Shown: positions 23,979-39,180, numbered from the stretch's first letter. The stretch is DNA of 64,000 nucleotides from Azolla caroliniana (GCA_043228905.1 JBHGNT010000011.1:9982001-10046000), one strand, 5' to 3'. The notes: generated from the letters alone by a model not told the origin. Made by a program: numbers and translations.

Positions 23979-25029
23979 ATGCGATTTTTGGATGTTTTTG
24001 TTACACTACTTTTAGATGTAGTACATCGAAGACACTCCCAAACAAACAAGGTTTAGATGGTGCCTTTATAATAAGACATCCATAGCCCCAACTCTCAAGT
24101 ACACAACTCTTCAATTTCAATATTTGTAGTTGTTACTAATCACTTTTTTGAAGTGGTGCAAGACATTACCCATGTTTAATTAATTTCAAATTGCAAATTT
24201 ATTTTATATATTTTTTGAGTTCATGATCATGTACATCTTACTGGTTTAAAACTATTTGTTTTGTGCATAACTTTTATTAACCACTTCAAAATCTTATCTA
24301 ATCCATTTTAAGTCCAATTTCTTTTGTTTGCAAATTCTCATGTGAGCATACCCGCTAACCAAAATCATAACATACAAAACTAACTAGGATGAGCCACATA
24401 AAGATCACATCATGCCGACTACTTTTTAGCATGCATATTGTAATCAAAATGTACTTTTACTTTCATAAATTTGAAATCTTACTAGGTTAGTGCAAGGGCT
24501 TTGACTAACTTACAACATATTGACAAATTAAAATTGGAGACAGCAACATATCTTAGAACAAGCCACATAAAAGATGATATCAAGTGGACTACCTTCATTC
24601 ACTCCAACAAATTTGAAAGCTCCTATTTTTCTCATAAATATGAAATTTCACAATGTCATTGCTACATGTCTACACAATCATCAGAATGTGTTGCATGCAG
24701 ACTTACATAATCTTTAAATGTACCCAATCCAATCATAGTGTGCATGTTGATTTGCCTATTCAGAATATGGATGCGCATTAAGCATTTATTACAAACGCTT
24801 TCGTATTTGTTGCATATTTAGGGTCACAATGAGCCATTGCAATTCTCAAATAAATAAGCTTTGGCATTCCCATAGTTGTTTTTGAAGTTACTATTATTTT
24901 CTGTCAAACTAGTGTAAAATTATGGAGTCTTATTAGCTTTTTGGTCTAAAGAATTGATATGAGATCAATAAACAAGAACATCACAATGTTGGGAGCACAA
25001 TGTGGATGCTAAAAGGCTAGTGTGCATCA

Positions 25030-28000
25030 TCATAATTTAGAGGTTTGCTTCAAGATAGGACGAATGAAATCATTGTAACCTTCTGGAAGACATGAAAAGT
25101 TTAAAGGACTATTCCATGCTTCTTTATAGAGATTGGTGTACACGTCCCCATCATATCGACCAAGTATGGACCCTAAATAATAGTCGGAGTGATCAAAGGC
25201 ATCGACCAAAGCCACTGCATTCAACCTCACCTGTAAAACACCAAAACCAAGCTTCATAAAATGGGCATTGTCACTACTGAATTCAAAAACTTCAATCAAC
25301 AGATTCCCAGTCTAAAAAACTATTTTAGTGACAACTGTGCAATTTCATTTAACTGCCGTAGGACTAGCTGTGAGATTTCATATAATTTCCCAGAAGGCAG
25401 TTGAGGTGGTTGCTAAGAATGGATGAACCGAGTGCAATTTGTTGCTAAGAGTGGATAAAGTGAGTGCAATTTGTTGCTAAGAGCGGATGAACTAAGTGCA
25501 GATTCAAGAGATGAACATCCATACCTCACGGAACAGGGCCCTAAGCTGCTGTTTAGCAAGGATGATTTGTCTTTCAGAAAGATAACCTATCGATAGAAAG
25601 TCCCCTGCATGAGCTATGAGTAAAGAGATGGCGTAGACTCGGCAAAGAATATCAAGCTGCCTTTTTACTCCTTCCCCTGGAAAGTCTCCCCTCAAGGCAT
25701 CCATAAATCTGATAGTCAACACAAAGAAGGAAAATAGTTAAAAGAGGAGAAAGGTTTGATATATAGTTCTAGAATACTTAGCATACAATACACGTAGAAT
25801 ACATGCGCTAAGTATTCTAAAAGTATTCTACCCTTTTTCTTTGCATAATTAGGATATGTGTTCTATAGAAAAAATATGTTAACTATGTTAATAACGTAGA
25901 ATACATGTAGATTATGTTGAATACAAGAAAAATACGTTAAACACTTGTTAAATACTTAGAATACGTGAAACATTTCAAAATGGCAGTTCTAAAATGTAGC
26001 ATATGTGTAGAATACTTTTAAGAATTCTAAACGTATTCTCAACATAAAATACGCTTTTTTAACAACTATGGTCTGAATTAGGAAAAAAACTCTTACACAA
26101 CTAATGTCTACAGAAAGAGTATGTATGTCTAAATTAGGACACTGTGTATACAAAATTCACAGAGTTCATCATGAAATTTTCTTACTTTGTCACCACAATG
26201 AGCTCACAGTGTGCCCTGGAAACTTCAACTAGCTCAGCAGAGAGTTCAGAGAATTCTGAAAATTTAACAGAAATCTAGTCATAACAAAAAAGGGACCCAC
26301 AGCATTTAAGTAAAAAAGCTCGTGAGATATTGCACGTGCCTGTTTCCTGATCGACCGCCTCTGCAATCTCAGCAGCGCATCTATTAGCCATCCTTGCTGA
26401 TCTTGCTTCAAAAGCGTTTCGAAGTACCAATGTTTCCATCCAATCAGCCCCTACAAGATAACCATTTTTCTTCTTAAAAAAAATTCGTTGAAGGAAATAC
26501 AAACAAAAGTAGTTCTATGGATAATCTAAAATATATCATTCCCCAACACCTAACTAAGTTTCCATGAGATGGGCGTTTTCCTTCCACTAAGGAATCTAAA
26601 AGTAGAGGAGCAATTGGATCACTATTACCTTTCATCACTTTACAGTTTTCCTTCATGAGTAGTCTGTTGCCCAAATAAGCAGCAGTACCAGATGGTATTT
26701 GATTCCCTGATCTGACTTGTGAAACAGTCTTCATTAGAAACTTTGCAACCTGTTGAGAAACAAAGTCATTTATTGAATTCAAATTTAATGATAAACATGT
26801 GCATAAATAAATCAAAGATATGATAAAGTATGTGCATTTAATGATGCACATTTATTTGTATGTAAAATGATAGATATGATAACATATGCATCCATATACC
26901 AAAAAGCAGGCAAACTCACTTGAAGCAATAAAATGACATTGTCGCCCTCATATGTACAAGCAGGTACATATACTGCATACAATTCGGGAAGACCACTTGC
27001 GCACAAATAACCATGACCCCCACATAATTTTCTACATTCCTCGATTGCATCCTAATCATCATAAAATACCAATATAGGCACACGTAATAGTCATAGTTCA
27101 CTAATTGTAATGTTAAAACTGAAACTGCTTGTTGTGGGTCACCAAAAATACTGTTAAACTGAAATCACCGGCTATAAGTCACACAAAAAAATGTTACAAA
27201 TCTGAAACCAACAGAAACTTACAGCTGTAACTGATGTTGTCATTGACTTTAACCCTGCGGTGCAAGCATGCACCTCAGGTAAGGTTGAGAAGTCTTTCCT
27301 TTCCAAACGATCCATTACATCTGAATATAGCTGATCCATCCAAACACCTAAGAATCTATATGCATACGCAGTTGCAAGGAGTGGAAAAAGTCGATGTTGT
27401 TGTGTCATATAATCCAACACTTGTATCTCAGATTCCTTTCCTGGTTTGCCAAACTGACGTCGCACTGCACTATATCTTACGGCTATTGTTACAGCCCTAG
27501 AAAGATAGTCTGATGCATCAATGACAATTGATCTCCGTACATACACCATTGCTCCATAACCCAATTGCTTGGGTATATTCGACGGTATGTACTTTCCTTC
27601 CTTTGTCACTTTTGCCAACCTGCAAACAGAAACCCAGAATATTTCAGCCTAATATATTTCAACAAGCTACTAACTTGCTGAGGTGTGCTGAAATAATAAG
27701 CTAAACCTCATCAACATATTATCCCGTGGAATCCTGACATGATCAAGTCGGAGAAGGCCATTATCCATGGTATTGTATCCTCCATTCCCAAACTTGACAC
27801 CAATATCAGCAACTACCACACCAAATAATGGCTGATGATCATCGAGGCTACGTATTTGCACAATAAAAGCTGAGTTATAGTGAAAAGACATTTGTCAGCG
27901 GCTTATCACAAAGAAGCATGGTCCTAACAACAAAGCAAGAAAACACAGACTTAATAAAAAGCTATGAAGTCATTGATAACACACCATGGACACCATAATC

Positions 28001-29995
28001 GTGCCCATCTATTAGGAGGCGTGCATAAACAATTGCATGGGTTGCGACCTTCCCAAGACCTCCAGGCCACCACTGAAAGCATACAGGTACTTATTAGCAT
28101 CTATCATCTAGCAAAGGAATAACATTCCATCATAGAAATTCTTTGTACAATGTTAACAATTACTATTAGGACAAATCCATACTTTTGTTGAAGTCAAAGT
28201 GGGTGAATCCAGCACAAACTCATCACTTGAGGGATCAAATGTAGCTGTTGTTTCTAATCCTTGCACATTAGATCCATGACCAAGTTCCGTTTGGGCATAG
28301 CATCCGATTATTTCTTGCTTGTAGGCAAGTGGCAACCACTTCTTTTGTTGCTCATCTGTAGCTTGCCCTTTCATGGCAGGTATGAACATACCCTGTTAAA
28401 AATGGAGGGGTTTAAAACCCAAAATTTTACAACTTGAAATTGGCTATGTTTGGACTATCCAATGTCATTGTCCTTGGTGTACACCTTCGTTACAAAAGAG
28501 TAACTACCTAGTTTCAGCTATAATATCAATTCACTTTAGCTACCTAGTTTAGGTACAATTTCATTTTGCTTTACCTCACCAGGCATTCTACAAGATTGGC
28601 AAGGATGTAATGTAATACTCATAGGTGACTTTGGGGTTTGGTCTCATAAAGCCATTAATATAACATTTCATCTCTCAAACACAGAAGTATGAAGCTTCAA
28701 GAAGAATACCCAATGTAAGTCGGCATAAGTTGGCTCATCTATAAAATGCCTCAGCTTAGCTGCCTCTTTCTCTGTACCATCATCATATGATCAGACTCTG
28801 AAAACAATCATTGCAACCTAGATCGAAAAAACAATGCACATCGATAAAGTAGATTAGTGTTTTCTCTAGGACATTTAATGTAATGGTATATACCATTTAG
28901 CTGCAAGTTCTGTATAAGATCCCATGCATGCGCTGCCTTCTTCAAGGTGTTCTGGAAAAGCTCTGTCCGACTAAGTTGTACTCGATTATCTTTCCTGAAT
29001 ACCTACTCATAAACAAATTGATTATTTAAACTAGTCTCATTAAAAGGATCATCTCATCTACGTGAGAAAGATTTTGGAAATTTTTCCACGAATTACGGCT
29101 TTGGTTTGATTATCCTTTGAATGAAGATTTTGCAATAGAAATAGAATTCTATGGAATCCATCATATAATAACACCAATCTTAAGGTGGAAGAATTCTATG
29201 GAATATATTCAGACACGAACCTTCATGTTAGAGAAACACAGCAGAAATCACATGTAAAGCACCAGAATTGACCAGGAGTTGTGAATGATGTGAAGCATCA
29301 CAAACTAATGCCAGAAAGCAACAAAATTATATATTGAAATTATCAGCATCAAATCAATGCAAAGGAATAGTCATGTAATTATCCAAATAACATCAGCCAG
29401 AGTATGATTGGCATGGCATGATCAGAATATTGCAACACGGACAATCATAATAACAACGAGGATCACCATCCATTATTACCAGTTGGATATAAAAACATCA
29501 GAATAACATAAACTACGAGAATAATGTCAGCCGGAACAAGATTTCCATGCAAGTTCTCAAAATCACAAAGTGACACATCAGAAGGACATTAACAAACATG
29601 TGAATCATCAAAATAAGAATGAGAACAGCCAGAACACGATCTATTGCAACAACATTGAGATTGAAATATTCCTAAAAAAATAGAATCTTGAGCGTACAGA
29701 TACTATTAAGAAAATATGAGATCACGGAAGGCAAAAACCTATTCCTCTATGGATAGTATTTACCTAAATACTACCCCTAGACGAACAGATTGGTATGACA
29801 TTAAAGACTTACAGGATCACTGGAAACAAGGTGAGACATGCGTTGAGACAGGGAAAGCTCCTCAGTTCCACCTGCCCAAACGATCTTCATAGCGTCAACG
29901 TCGAACCGAGCATTGCGACGTTCCTGGGAGAGGAGATGGGTTTCTTCTTCTCCATCTTCACGAGCAGAAAGGACGGGAGCTGATGACGCAGGCAT
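25030..29995 (-). CDS. ACX1: Peroxisomal acyl-CoA oxidase (ACX1-like), 13 exons, ~676 aa
   Basis: Exons 29995-29813, 29002-28894, 28771-28710, 28392-28183, 28072-27985, 27869-27707, 27619-27223, 27051-26920, 26749-26629, 26450-26340, 26255-26186, 25708-25525, 25230-25030 splice in frame. Motifs [26 protein letters not shown]; C-terminal PTS1 SKL. Confidence 0.93.
25409..25500. repeat. 32-bp tandem repeat x3 in last ACX intron
   Basis: gttgctaaga.tggatgaa..gagtgcaattt units start at 25409, 25441, 25473. Confidence 0.8.
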
Positions 29996-30170
29996 GGCGG
30001 GGGAGAAGGGTTAAGCAGAAGATGAAGATGAAGATGAAGATGAAGATTTTCAGACCGGTTTGGATTTCTCTTTGTCTGTTATCGTTTGAAAAGGCTGCTT
30101 TTTTAGTTCGGATTGGGTTGGGGATGGACATAAAAAAAAGCAGCAGCAGCCGCCATAGCCATGAGAATAC

Positions 30171-30172
30171 TG

Positions 30173-30204
<32 letters not shown>

Positions 30205-30256
30205 TGTATATGTATATAATATACGTACATAAATATATATACATACGTTATACATA
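30171..30256. repeat. (TATG)n/(TA)n microsatellite upstream of ACX1
   Basis: Visible simple repeat. Confidence 0.85.
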
Positions 30257-32140
30257 TGGGCTTCTTCTTGTGAAGGGTGCTCTGCTATTTTGGGAGACTA
30301 AGAGGCTTTTTTTGGTCTTGGTCTTTACCCAAAAAGAGCTTCTACATTCGATCATCGATGATCCCGACACTCGATCCCGCCATCGAATACTCCCAACTCC
30401 TCCTCTCCATATACTTCTTCTGCCTTGCCTATGCATACACGTATTTTCTATTGCTCGATCATTCGAAAAGGCGTATGTATGCATGACTTAATCATACATG
30501 TTGTTGTCCTTTGGGATTCTCTAGCCAATAAACTACGTAGACGATCGCCACTTGTTCGTCAATCCCTCTCTTTTGACTCTTTGCTACAAAGGCGTATATA
30601 TTTTGGGCTTTCAAAGAGCTCAATAGGCCACAACATTCTGGAAGAGACGGATGGCACTTAAAAATGTATTTGTCCTCTTCTGGACACATTGATCTAGAGA
30701 AAAAACCTCGTGTGGTTAAGAAATGACTTTTTTCCGCTCATGATGTTTTCCATTTGTAGTGAGCACTCCAAAAACTACCATGTCTTTTATGTTCATGCCA
30801 TTATACATCATTATTCTTGCAATATATGCCACCCATAGTCTCATTGTTTCAAAGGTTATTTTGACTTTCAAGGATCTTACCTAGTGACCTCAAATCATGC
30901 AAACCATGTGTGCGTCTCTCAACTCTTTGGATGATATGTTCCATGGCAATCGGATATTAGCTTGGTCGAACTTATGATCATTGTCTTTGTGAATCCAAGT
31001 AGGATAATACTTTGTATGGTTAGGATTACCTCCCAAAGGCCCTAAGAACGTTTTCTAGGGCTACATTCCAAATGTAACATAAGATATAGACATATTGTGG
31101 TAGAAAAGACAAAACCCTCTTTTTCAAGAAAAAATAGGTGCAACATATTTAAAAGAGACACGAGATTGCAAATGGAGAGCACGGAAAGAGACACATAACA
31201 AATTAAAGAAAAGGCCATCATGCAATACACGTGGCCATTGAGCTTTACGCTCAAACCTTATGAAATCCCACTTTAAACCAAACCTCAGCTTATACAAATA
31301 AAGTATCACTTCAGGTTTAAAACATTATACATACTAAGCTGCTGAATCTAATGATGAAGATTTGGTAAGACCATGTCTAGCATGGTAAGGAAGAGGGTCT
31401 AAAAAATTTGCCATTTCCTAGTACTAGCGCCAATTTTAGAGTGACTTTCAAATGTTGAAGTAATATGGAGGGGGCTTCAGAAAGCCTCACAGCACATGAT
31501 GAAGTTCCCTAACACATTAGAACTTCCCATTCAATACTCATTGTCATAATACTGTTATTAATAATTTCGGCTACATTGAATCATGAAAAAATGGCTAAAT
31601 TACGTGATTCCCAATGCTTAAAATTAACTTTCCAAAGTAGTTTCTTCAAACTGTAACATCGAAATCCACATCAAACAGATTACAAATTTCAATCTTTTCT
31701 TTCAGTGTCAGCATATCAAATAATTCGATAATCAAAAGGTGGTACGATGAGTTTCAAAGAGTACTGCCAACAACCAAGTTTCTAAAACTTCTCCAGACCT
31801 AATGGACTGCCTCAACCATGATGAAGGCTATAGAATTGAAAGACAAAACAAAGACAGTCACAATAAACACCCAACAGAGAAGAGAAAACACTCACACACA
31901 AACATACATCGAGAGCATAGCACGTTGGATTGATACCTTGTACTGTTTATGTACAATAGCAAAGATGAGATAAAATTCCTGTAATTTCAATGCCTGAAAC
32001 TGTATTGCTAATTTAGTAGAATCACAAATACATGTGTTGCGGCTTCTATTAGCTCACTAAAGGGCACATATTTGCCAGTCCCATGAACCTCACCTTAGTC
32101 AAAAGAAAAACAAATGTTAGCCAATCAAGGAAAAGAATTC

Positions 32141-35100
32141 TTAAGGTGAATTTTCTTCAGGGGCGGCCATAAGCCGGAGCCTTTCTTCTGCTGCCTTATT
32201 ACCCTTCTTTGCAGTCTCCTCAATCAACAATGATTGCAAGTCGCTACCATTTGCAAGGCTGTTAAATTCAACTGATTTCGACGGTGCTGAAGGATAACGC
32301 CGCTGGCATAGTGTCATCAACCTCTTTATTGATTGCAAATACTTTCTTGTCGTTTCATCATTCATGATGTGAGCAACACTGTTTGTGTAAATCTTCTCTC
32401 GTGCTGAACGTTCGTGGATGCCAACCATAGTAACACCAATGGGCCACGGTGCATTACCAATTGCAAGCTTAATGTACTGATCCATGGCAGACAAATAGTC
32501 TCGCTCCATGCACCGCTTCACAATAATCATCAATGCTTGTCTGATATCATCTGGTAGCACCTGAACACATAACAGACAGCTTTTAGTGTGTTGCCATATA
32601 CAAAAACCATAATGGTGAACTCCATAAGTAGCAGGAAACAAGAAAATGCAGCATATACATTTACTTTACAGATATGAGCTTAGTCTTGAGAACTTAACAA
32701 TATTCTTGTAAATATCACACAAAATTAGGAGTATTGCCAACGTTTTCATTAGAGACACATTTAAATATACCCTCTCCTCTGTCCATGTCTACATCTGCTG
32801 ACGTGGCAAGCCATTTTCCATTCTTCATTTCAACAGGTTTTGTTTCGGTATCCTAATTTCTAATCTGTTAAATATTGAAATGTCCACATTTAACTGTATA
32901 ATTTAAATGTTATAAATGTTATAAATTGTTTTTAGGTTACACCGTACCATCTATGGTATTCTCCAGCAACAGGTATTTTTTTTGGGTTTGAACCATTTCT
33001 TTTACAATCTGTCTCATATTGCTGCTGAACTATGGAGAAACCATGATATGGACATATATTTACAAATACAAATATATAGACAGTGTTGCGCAGCACTATT
33101 GGGGTTTAATTAAGGTTCAAGTAGGTCCATTACCAATTGGATCACTTTTGGTTGACCAGAACCTGGATGTTTATGGCCTTGAAATACTCATACATAAAGG
33201 ATGAACTTCCCTTCTGCACTCTTATTTTTCAATTGTTCACTTAAGAGAAAATATCCAATTCTGCGTACTCTTGTAGCACATAAAACCGAGATACTTTGCA
33301 TGCCGCAGCTAGCTAGAAGGTCTACAATTCTTATTTGCACAAACTCATGGAAACTACTTGTTGAGACAAATTATTCCTCTTCTGCGATATAAATATAGTT
33401 GAGACAAAAAACATTGTGGCGCATTGTCTGACATGTACTATATAAGCAGATGTTTTTTGCAGGCTGCGCCAACAAGTTTTGGCAAAAGATCATTCCATGC
33501 CTTTCAAAACTGGTGGAATATCTAATAGAACTTTTAGAGTCTACAAGATAAAAAAATCAATTCTCCCTTCTATGAGGAGGATAGTTTTGTATTATATTTT
33601 CGGTTCTAGGTGTCGTCTTTGGCCTTCCCCCCAGGACAGTTAGAGATAGATAGATACAGATATAGATACACACACACACACACACACATATACATACATA
33701 AATATACACAAGTATATATAGGTATTCAATCTATGGCTCACCATCATATGACTAGTAGGCTACAGCTTAATCACCAGATCCATGAGTCTAAGCTAGAAAC
33801 TACTGGGTGTAGTATGCACCTACACACCTCTAGCCAACTGTAGGGTCAGTAGAAGTATATGGTCTGTGGAGAGTTGGACAACAGCCGAAATAGTGCAGGT
33901 TAGATCAATTATTTGGGAGGTTGTGTATCCAACGTTCTACACAAATCTGAGTTTCGCGTAATTTGCACTTGCATATTCAAAATTTACCTTTACTTTTTGA
34001 GATTGATGTGGGGGTAATTATTAGCTATTTTAATATGTTTTCGAATAAAAAATGACCTAAAATCAATTTTATTCTTTCCATAAGACTATTTTATACTAAT
34101 TATAACCCTACGTCTAACAGTTTATCTACAGATCATACAATAGCATCTAGGCTGTGGCTGACCGAATCGCCATAGACCAAGTTATTGAACCCATCTCTGA
34201 ACTAACTAGCTCATTAAATTTATAATACTCATGAAAACCCTACACAATGTCGAAAGCAACCAAAAATGATGCTATAAATCAAGCAACAAGAGAAGAAAAA
34301 ATAATTTACAGAGAAGCTAAAATATCCCACACTCATTGGACATTTACCAAAAATACCCTGAGTTTCCAGAAAATACCAGAACACCCATATGTAGTAGTAT
34401 ACTTGAGCTACAAGAGGGAGGGGTGTTGTGGTCATTTTCTCAAATTTAGAGGTATTCTGTTAAATACCCAGTGTTTTAACCTATATATTAATTAGCGTAC
34501 CCTCTTTCTGCACATCTTGAAGAGTGGATTCAAGTAGCGCGCACATTGTTTGAATGTAGCAACACTTGATTTCCCCCTACTAGTCCTTTTCTGAGTGTCG
34601 GGACGCTCCTCAAGCTCTTGAGCCCACTCCTGAAGAAGCTTCTTGAAGAAAACCAAGATCTTATCCTCATCACAAAGTTCACTGAAATCTGCTTTCATCC
34701 TCTTGGAGTCCTTATCATTCTCTAAATCGGATGACTCATAATCGCCGACATGGTCACCAACACCAAGATCAACAGGTCCAGTTCCTCCATCATCTCCTCT
34801 ATCTTGACCACCATTTTTCTCTTTCTTCTTATCTCGATTACTATTACTATTTCTACTCCGCCGGTTTTCAAGAAAACCACTCCTTTCTTTCTTTTTCATG
34901 TCAGTGAGGTCCATGAGAAAATCGTTTCTTTGACCTTCCATGAGTTCGGTGTCAGGGTCCGTGACCCCAGCTTTTAAAAGAGCTTTGATTCTCTCTAATC
35001 TCATATCATCATCCTCTCCGAACAATGTGATTGGTTGCTTAAGATATCTGAGGCGTCGGATGACTTCAGCACGGGGTAGTACGAGATCGTCAAGCTTCTC

Positions 35101-35388
35101 TTCCTCCGAGAGGAGAATGGTTTTTCCTTTTAGGTTTGAAATAGACGAAGAAGGAAGAGATTCTGTGTTTATATCACCTGTGGAGGATCCATGGCTGACA
35201 AGGGTGGAGGAAGAAACCCTAGATTTGGCAGAAGCCCTTCGTCTATCTTCGAGTTCTTTTCGCTCTTCTTCTCTGATACGGTCGACTTCTTTCTGTTCGA
35301 TCTCTGATCTTCTGACGAATTTCCGTCCTGCGAAATTCTCGGAGAGAGCTTTGCGCTTCCGTTCGATCTCCTGCTTCAGCTTCTCCAT
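32141..35388 (-). CDS. PRP18: Pre-mRNA splicing factor PRP18, 2 coding exons, ~435 aa
   Basis: Exons 35388-34501 and 32560-32141 join in frame (GT-AG). PRP4-like SFM motif EVIRRLRYLKQPITLFGE; conserved Prp18 motif AIGNAPWPIGVTMVGIHERSAREKI. Confidence 0.93.
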
Positions 35389-35669
35389 CGCCACAAGCGA
35401 TAAAAGAAATACATACATACATACAGAGACCAAACACACACGAATCATTATATATATATATGTATGTATGTATATGTATGTATTGCTATGTATGTATGTA
35501 TGTATGTATGTATTGCTATGTATGGCTCGTGTCTATTCTGCATCAAATCATAGAGAGGGCTGGTGAGGGAATCGCGGCCACAGACGGTGTAGGTCGCTTA
35601 GAGGAACGCGCGTGCGATCTGCACCGTCAGATTTCGATAAGGAAGAACACGCGGAAAAAAAAGTTGTCA

Positions 35670-35890
35670 GAGGTCGCCCAACTCTGAGTCGATGGTCGCC
35701 CAACCCTGTTAGAGGTCGCCCAACTCTGAGTCGTTGGTCGCCCAACTCTGACTGTTACAATTCTAACTGTTGCAAGTCGCCCAACTCTGACTGTTGCAAG
35801 TCGCCCAACCGTTTTAGGTCACCCAACCCTGACATTTGCAGGTTGCCCAACCGATTGGTCGCCCAACCATTGCAGGTCGCCCAACCAAAT
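35670..35890. repeat. Left subterminal repeats (GGTCGCCCAAC motif)
   Basis: About 9 copies of gtcgcccaac-like motif. Confidence 0.85.
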
Positions 35891-36261
35891 GTATCATTTT
35901 GACCAAAATCTTCAAATAAGCTTGTTCATTACCCTTAAAACTTACAATAACATATCAAACAGTCACAAAATCCAACCTCAAATTATTCAAAATCGACGAT
36001 CTTTACCATACTTATGTTAAAACAAATAATCATATTAAAACATAAAAGTTAAAAGTTAAAAAACATAAAACTTAAAACAGAGAACGTAAATCCACTTTAA
36101 ACACCGTAAACCCAAATCAAAGGATGACATACTTGAATAAGGAAACTTAAAACATAAATCAACATATGACATACTCCCAAATGCACTCATAAATCAACAT
36201 AAATCCACTTGAAACATTGTAAACCCAAATGCACCGGTCCGCAAAACCACCCAAGCTATGT

Positions 36262-38612
36262 TTATGGCTCATCCAGAGATGATGGCAAGATGCGACCACA
36301 ATTCTTGCAACAATCAACATTTGAGTCCCTTGATCTAAAGGTCAAGGCATCGCAATGCAAGCATCGCATCTTCTCTGTTGCACATATTGGCAACCGCCTC
36401 CTAGCTCGACTTGCGCCTCTTTGCATTTTTCCTGTGTGTGCCTTGCAAGTGTTTGGGGAGCTGCCAATAAGATCTTGTGAAATGTTGATTGATGCTCCCC
36501 TTTTTGCACCAATTGCTTGCCTACACCCTATGGATCCACAGTCTTCTTCATTGGTTGGTTTCGGTGCACCTAGGTGATACACCAACGTCTGACCTATTTC
36601 TTCAATGGACTCCATACATGCCAAAATTGTTGCACGGTCGAGGGATCGTAACCCTTGCCTAAGACATTGAATAGCCCCCTCAACCGTTTGTATTTTCGAC
36701 TCCCATTCCTCCATTTGTGATGTTATAGGGTTTGTCTCCTCGACTGGTTCTACTTCTGTCTCCACTTCCGTCTCTGTGAAATGGTCATTGCGCATATGGG
36801 TTGCATGATCTATAAAAGGCAATGACCCACATAGATGTGGCATGTGCCTCTCAATAATCATCCTGATGCCGAGTATATGCTTACATTTACTCGTAGGGTC
36901 TTGGCAATCACAATATGAACATTGGAGCGATACATTATACCATACATTCGGTTTTGTCAAGCTCAATATTTTTAACCAATATCGAGGCTCGTCCACAATA
37001 TGCATTGTCGCATCATTAGTTTCATACCTCTCTAGTAGCCTTTCGGCCTCTTTAAGTCTTGTTGTTTGATCCCTACAATTTGCACGTGGTGCAAATCTAC
37101 CACTCTCACATATTTCTTGTCGTTGCTTGTACCATTCAATAACAGTACCCCCGATGCAAGTGCCAGTTTGACTGTCCCCGATTAAAACATGCACAAGATC
37201 GGTAATTGATCGGTTTATCCTCCCTCTTAAGGCAATATATTGATAAACTGCCAATGTCTCTCCACGAGATTGGTAGTGTCAACATGTCCGTAGTTGAACA
37301 TTCTACCAAATTTGGGCCACAGTTTCCTCCACACACATGTCAAGCCACACCATCCTCCTTCTATATATTGCCAAACACCTGGCTTGTTTGCATATTCTAC
37401 CTTTAACTCCTCACATTGGGCATTGAATGTGGATTCCGTAATGCATTGCATGAGTTGGCACATCCGATTATAAAGATGGTTTCTCTCAGTTACACTTACC
37501 TTTGGCAACAAATTGTCCAACCATGTTTTTTTTGCGTGGAAGTGACACAACAAAAGTCGACAATGTGTTTGCGACCTTTGCCCATTTGTAACTATCCAAG
37601 ATAATCGGTCTATTGCAATCACATTACTTATGGCATTATATGATGTCCAACTTTTATCGATGACTATGGCATTTGGCCTCACATTGGGCATCCGTGCAAA
37701 TATGACTCTCAAGCAAGTTTCTAAAGCTACTTGCTCATGGTTAGACCCCTTATCAGAACTACATATCATGTACCATAATGGGATACCAACTCCCATGGCA
37801 TTTGGGGCCACAACTGCATATAATGGCAAGCCAAATTGGTTTGTTTTAAACGTGGAGTCGATTGCCCAAGAGTTGTTTATTGACAATCGCTCACACATCT
37901 CTAACATCCATTCATCTTGGAGCACCAAGATGAACGGTTGCCTTGCGGGAGATCCATATTCACCAGGCAAGTAGGGTTGGACATGAGCCACCTTCCCAAG
38001 ATCTCGGAGGGCATAGGCATCTTGCATCATCAAAGACCAATCAACCCCTGACATGGCACTCCCAATTTTTAACTTGTTGGCCATGTTATTGACCTCCTTT
38101 GGTATCATAAAGAACCTATAACTCACAAGGTCTAATGGACTAGCCTTGGACTTATGATATGCTTCCTTATGCATGCTCATTCGTGCCACATGTCGTGCGC
38201 AACCAACATCAAAAAGGTCATCTCTACAACAACTTATAACATTTGGGGCCACTGGCAAATAGTACGCATCTGGTCTACTTCCCGGTACATGACCCGTATG
38301 AGGTCCATATATTGAAACGGTCACTGTCCCATGGTCAACCCCGCCATTCATTCGAGCGTTCACATGAAAAGTACACCCACATCGAGATGAATGCTTTCTA
38401 CGTCGAGTGCATGGATATTGCTTGTTGGCCACACCGCATCGGTGACAATTATACCTAGTCACATGTGCACCCCTTGTGATCCCTGTACGGAAGCGTGTGT
38501 GATACCTCAATTGAACATCTATGAGCGTATCATCAACCCTAGGTGCCTCTATCTTGATCACTTCTATGGGTCTAGACTTTTTATATTTCACGACACTTGT
38601 CCTCAGAATCAT
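36262..38612 (-). pseudogene. MuDR/MULE transposase with SWIM zinc finger, one frameshift near 37240
   Basis: DDE motifs WAIDSTFKTN, IVIDKS, CHFH, TTNLVER; SWIM CDC..KCKH. The two ORFs join with a 1-bp indel (RHWQFI-/YIALRG). The true start may be on an upstream exon. Confidence 0.88.
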
Positions 38613-38668
38613 ACAAGGACGTGATGAAATCTATTTCATTTTGATTCATCTCGACAACTTGGTTTATA

Positions 38669-39050
38669 AGAATGTGATTAATCAGAGGTAATTTAAGCTA
38701 GAGAATGTGATAAAGTAAATTTGATTAAGACAGAGATTATGATTAAGATAGAGACGGCGATTATAAGAATATGATTAATTGAACATGATTAAGCTAGAGA
38801 ATGTGATTAAGTGAATTTGATTAAGACAGAGATTATGATTAAGATAGAGACGGTGATTACAAGAATCTGATTAAGCTAGAGAATGTAATTAATTGAACCT
38901 AATTAAGATAGAGAATGGGATTATAAGAACGTGATTAAGACAGAGAATGTGATTAATAAGGCAGAGAATGTGATTATAAGAACTTGATTAAGACAAAGAA
39001 TGTGATTAATTGCTTCGGATTAAGATAGAGAATGTGATTAATTGAATCTG
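38669..39050. repeat. Degenerate tandem array (gattaagatagagaatgt-like)
   Basis: More than 20 gatta(a/t) cores in short degenerate units upstream of the transposase. Confidence 0.8.
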
Positions 39051-39180
39051 ATCTTAAAAGGTAATTAACTGGAGATGGAATCAACTCTGATTAAATGACG
39101 GTGAAGGGTTTAATATGACTTAAAATGTGACCGTTTTTTTGGCCGTTTAGGTAACAGGTTGGGCGACCTGGATTATGAGG

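Noticed and set aside
25765-26070. MITE in ACX1 intron 11
   Set aside because: AT-rich with repeated agaatac/gtattct words, but I could not define TIRs or a TSD.
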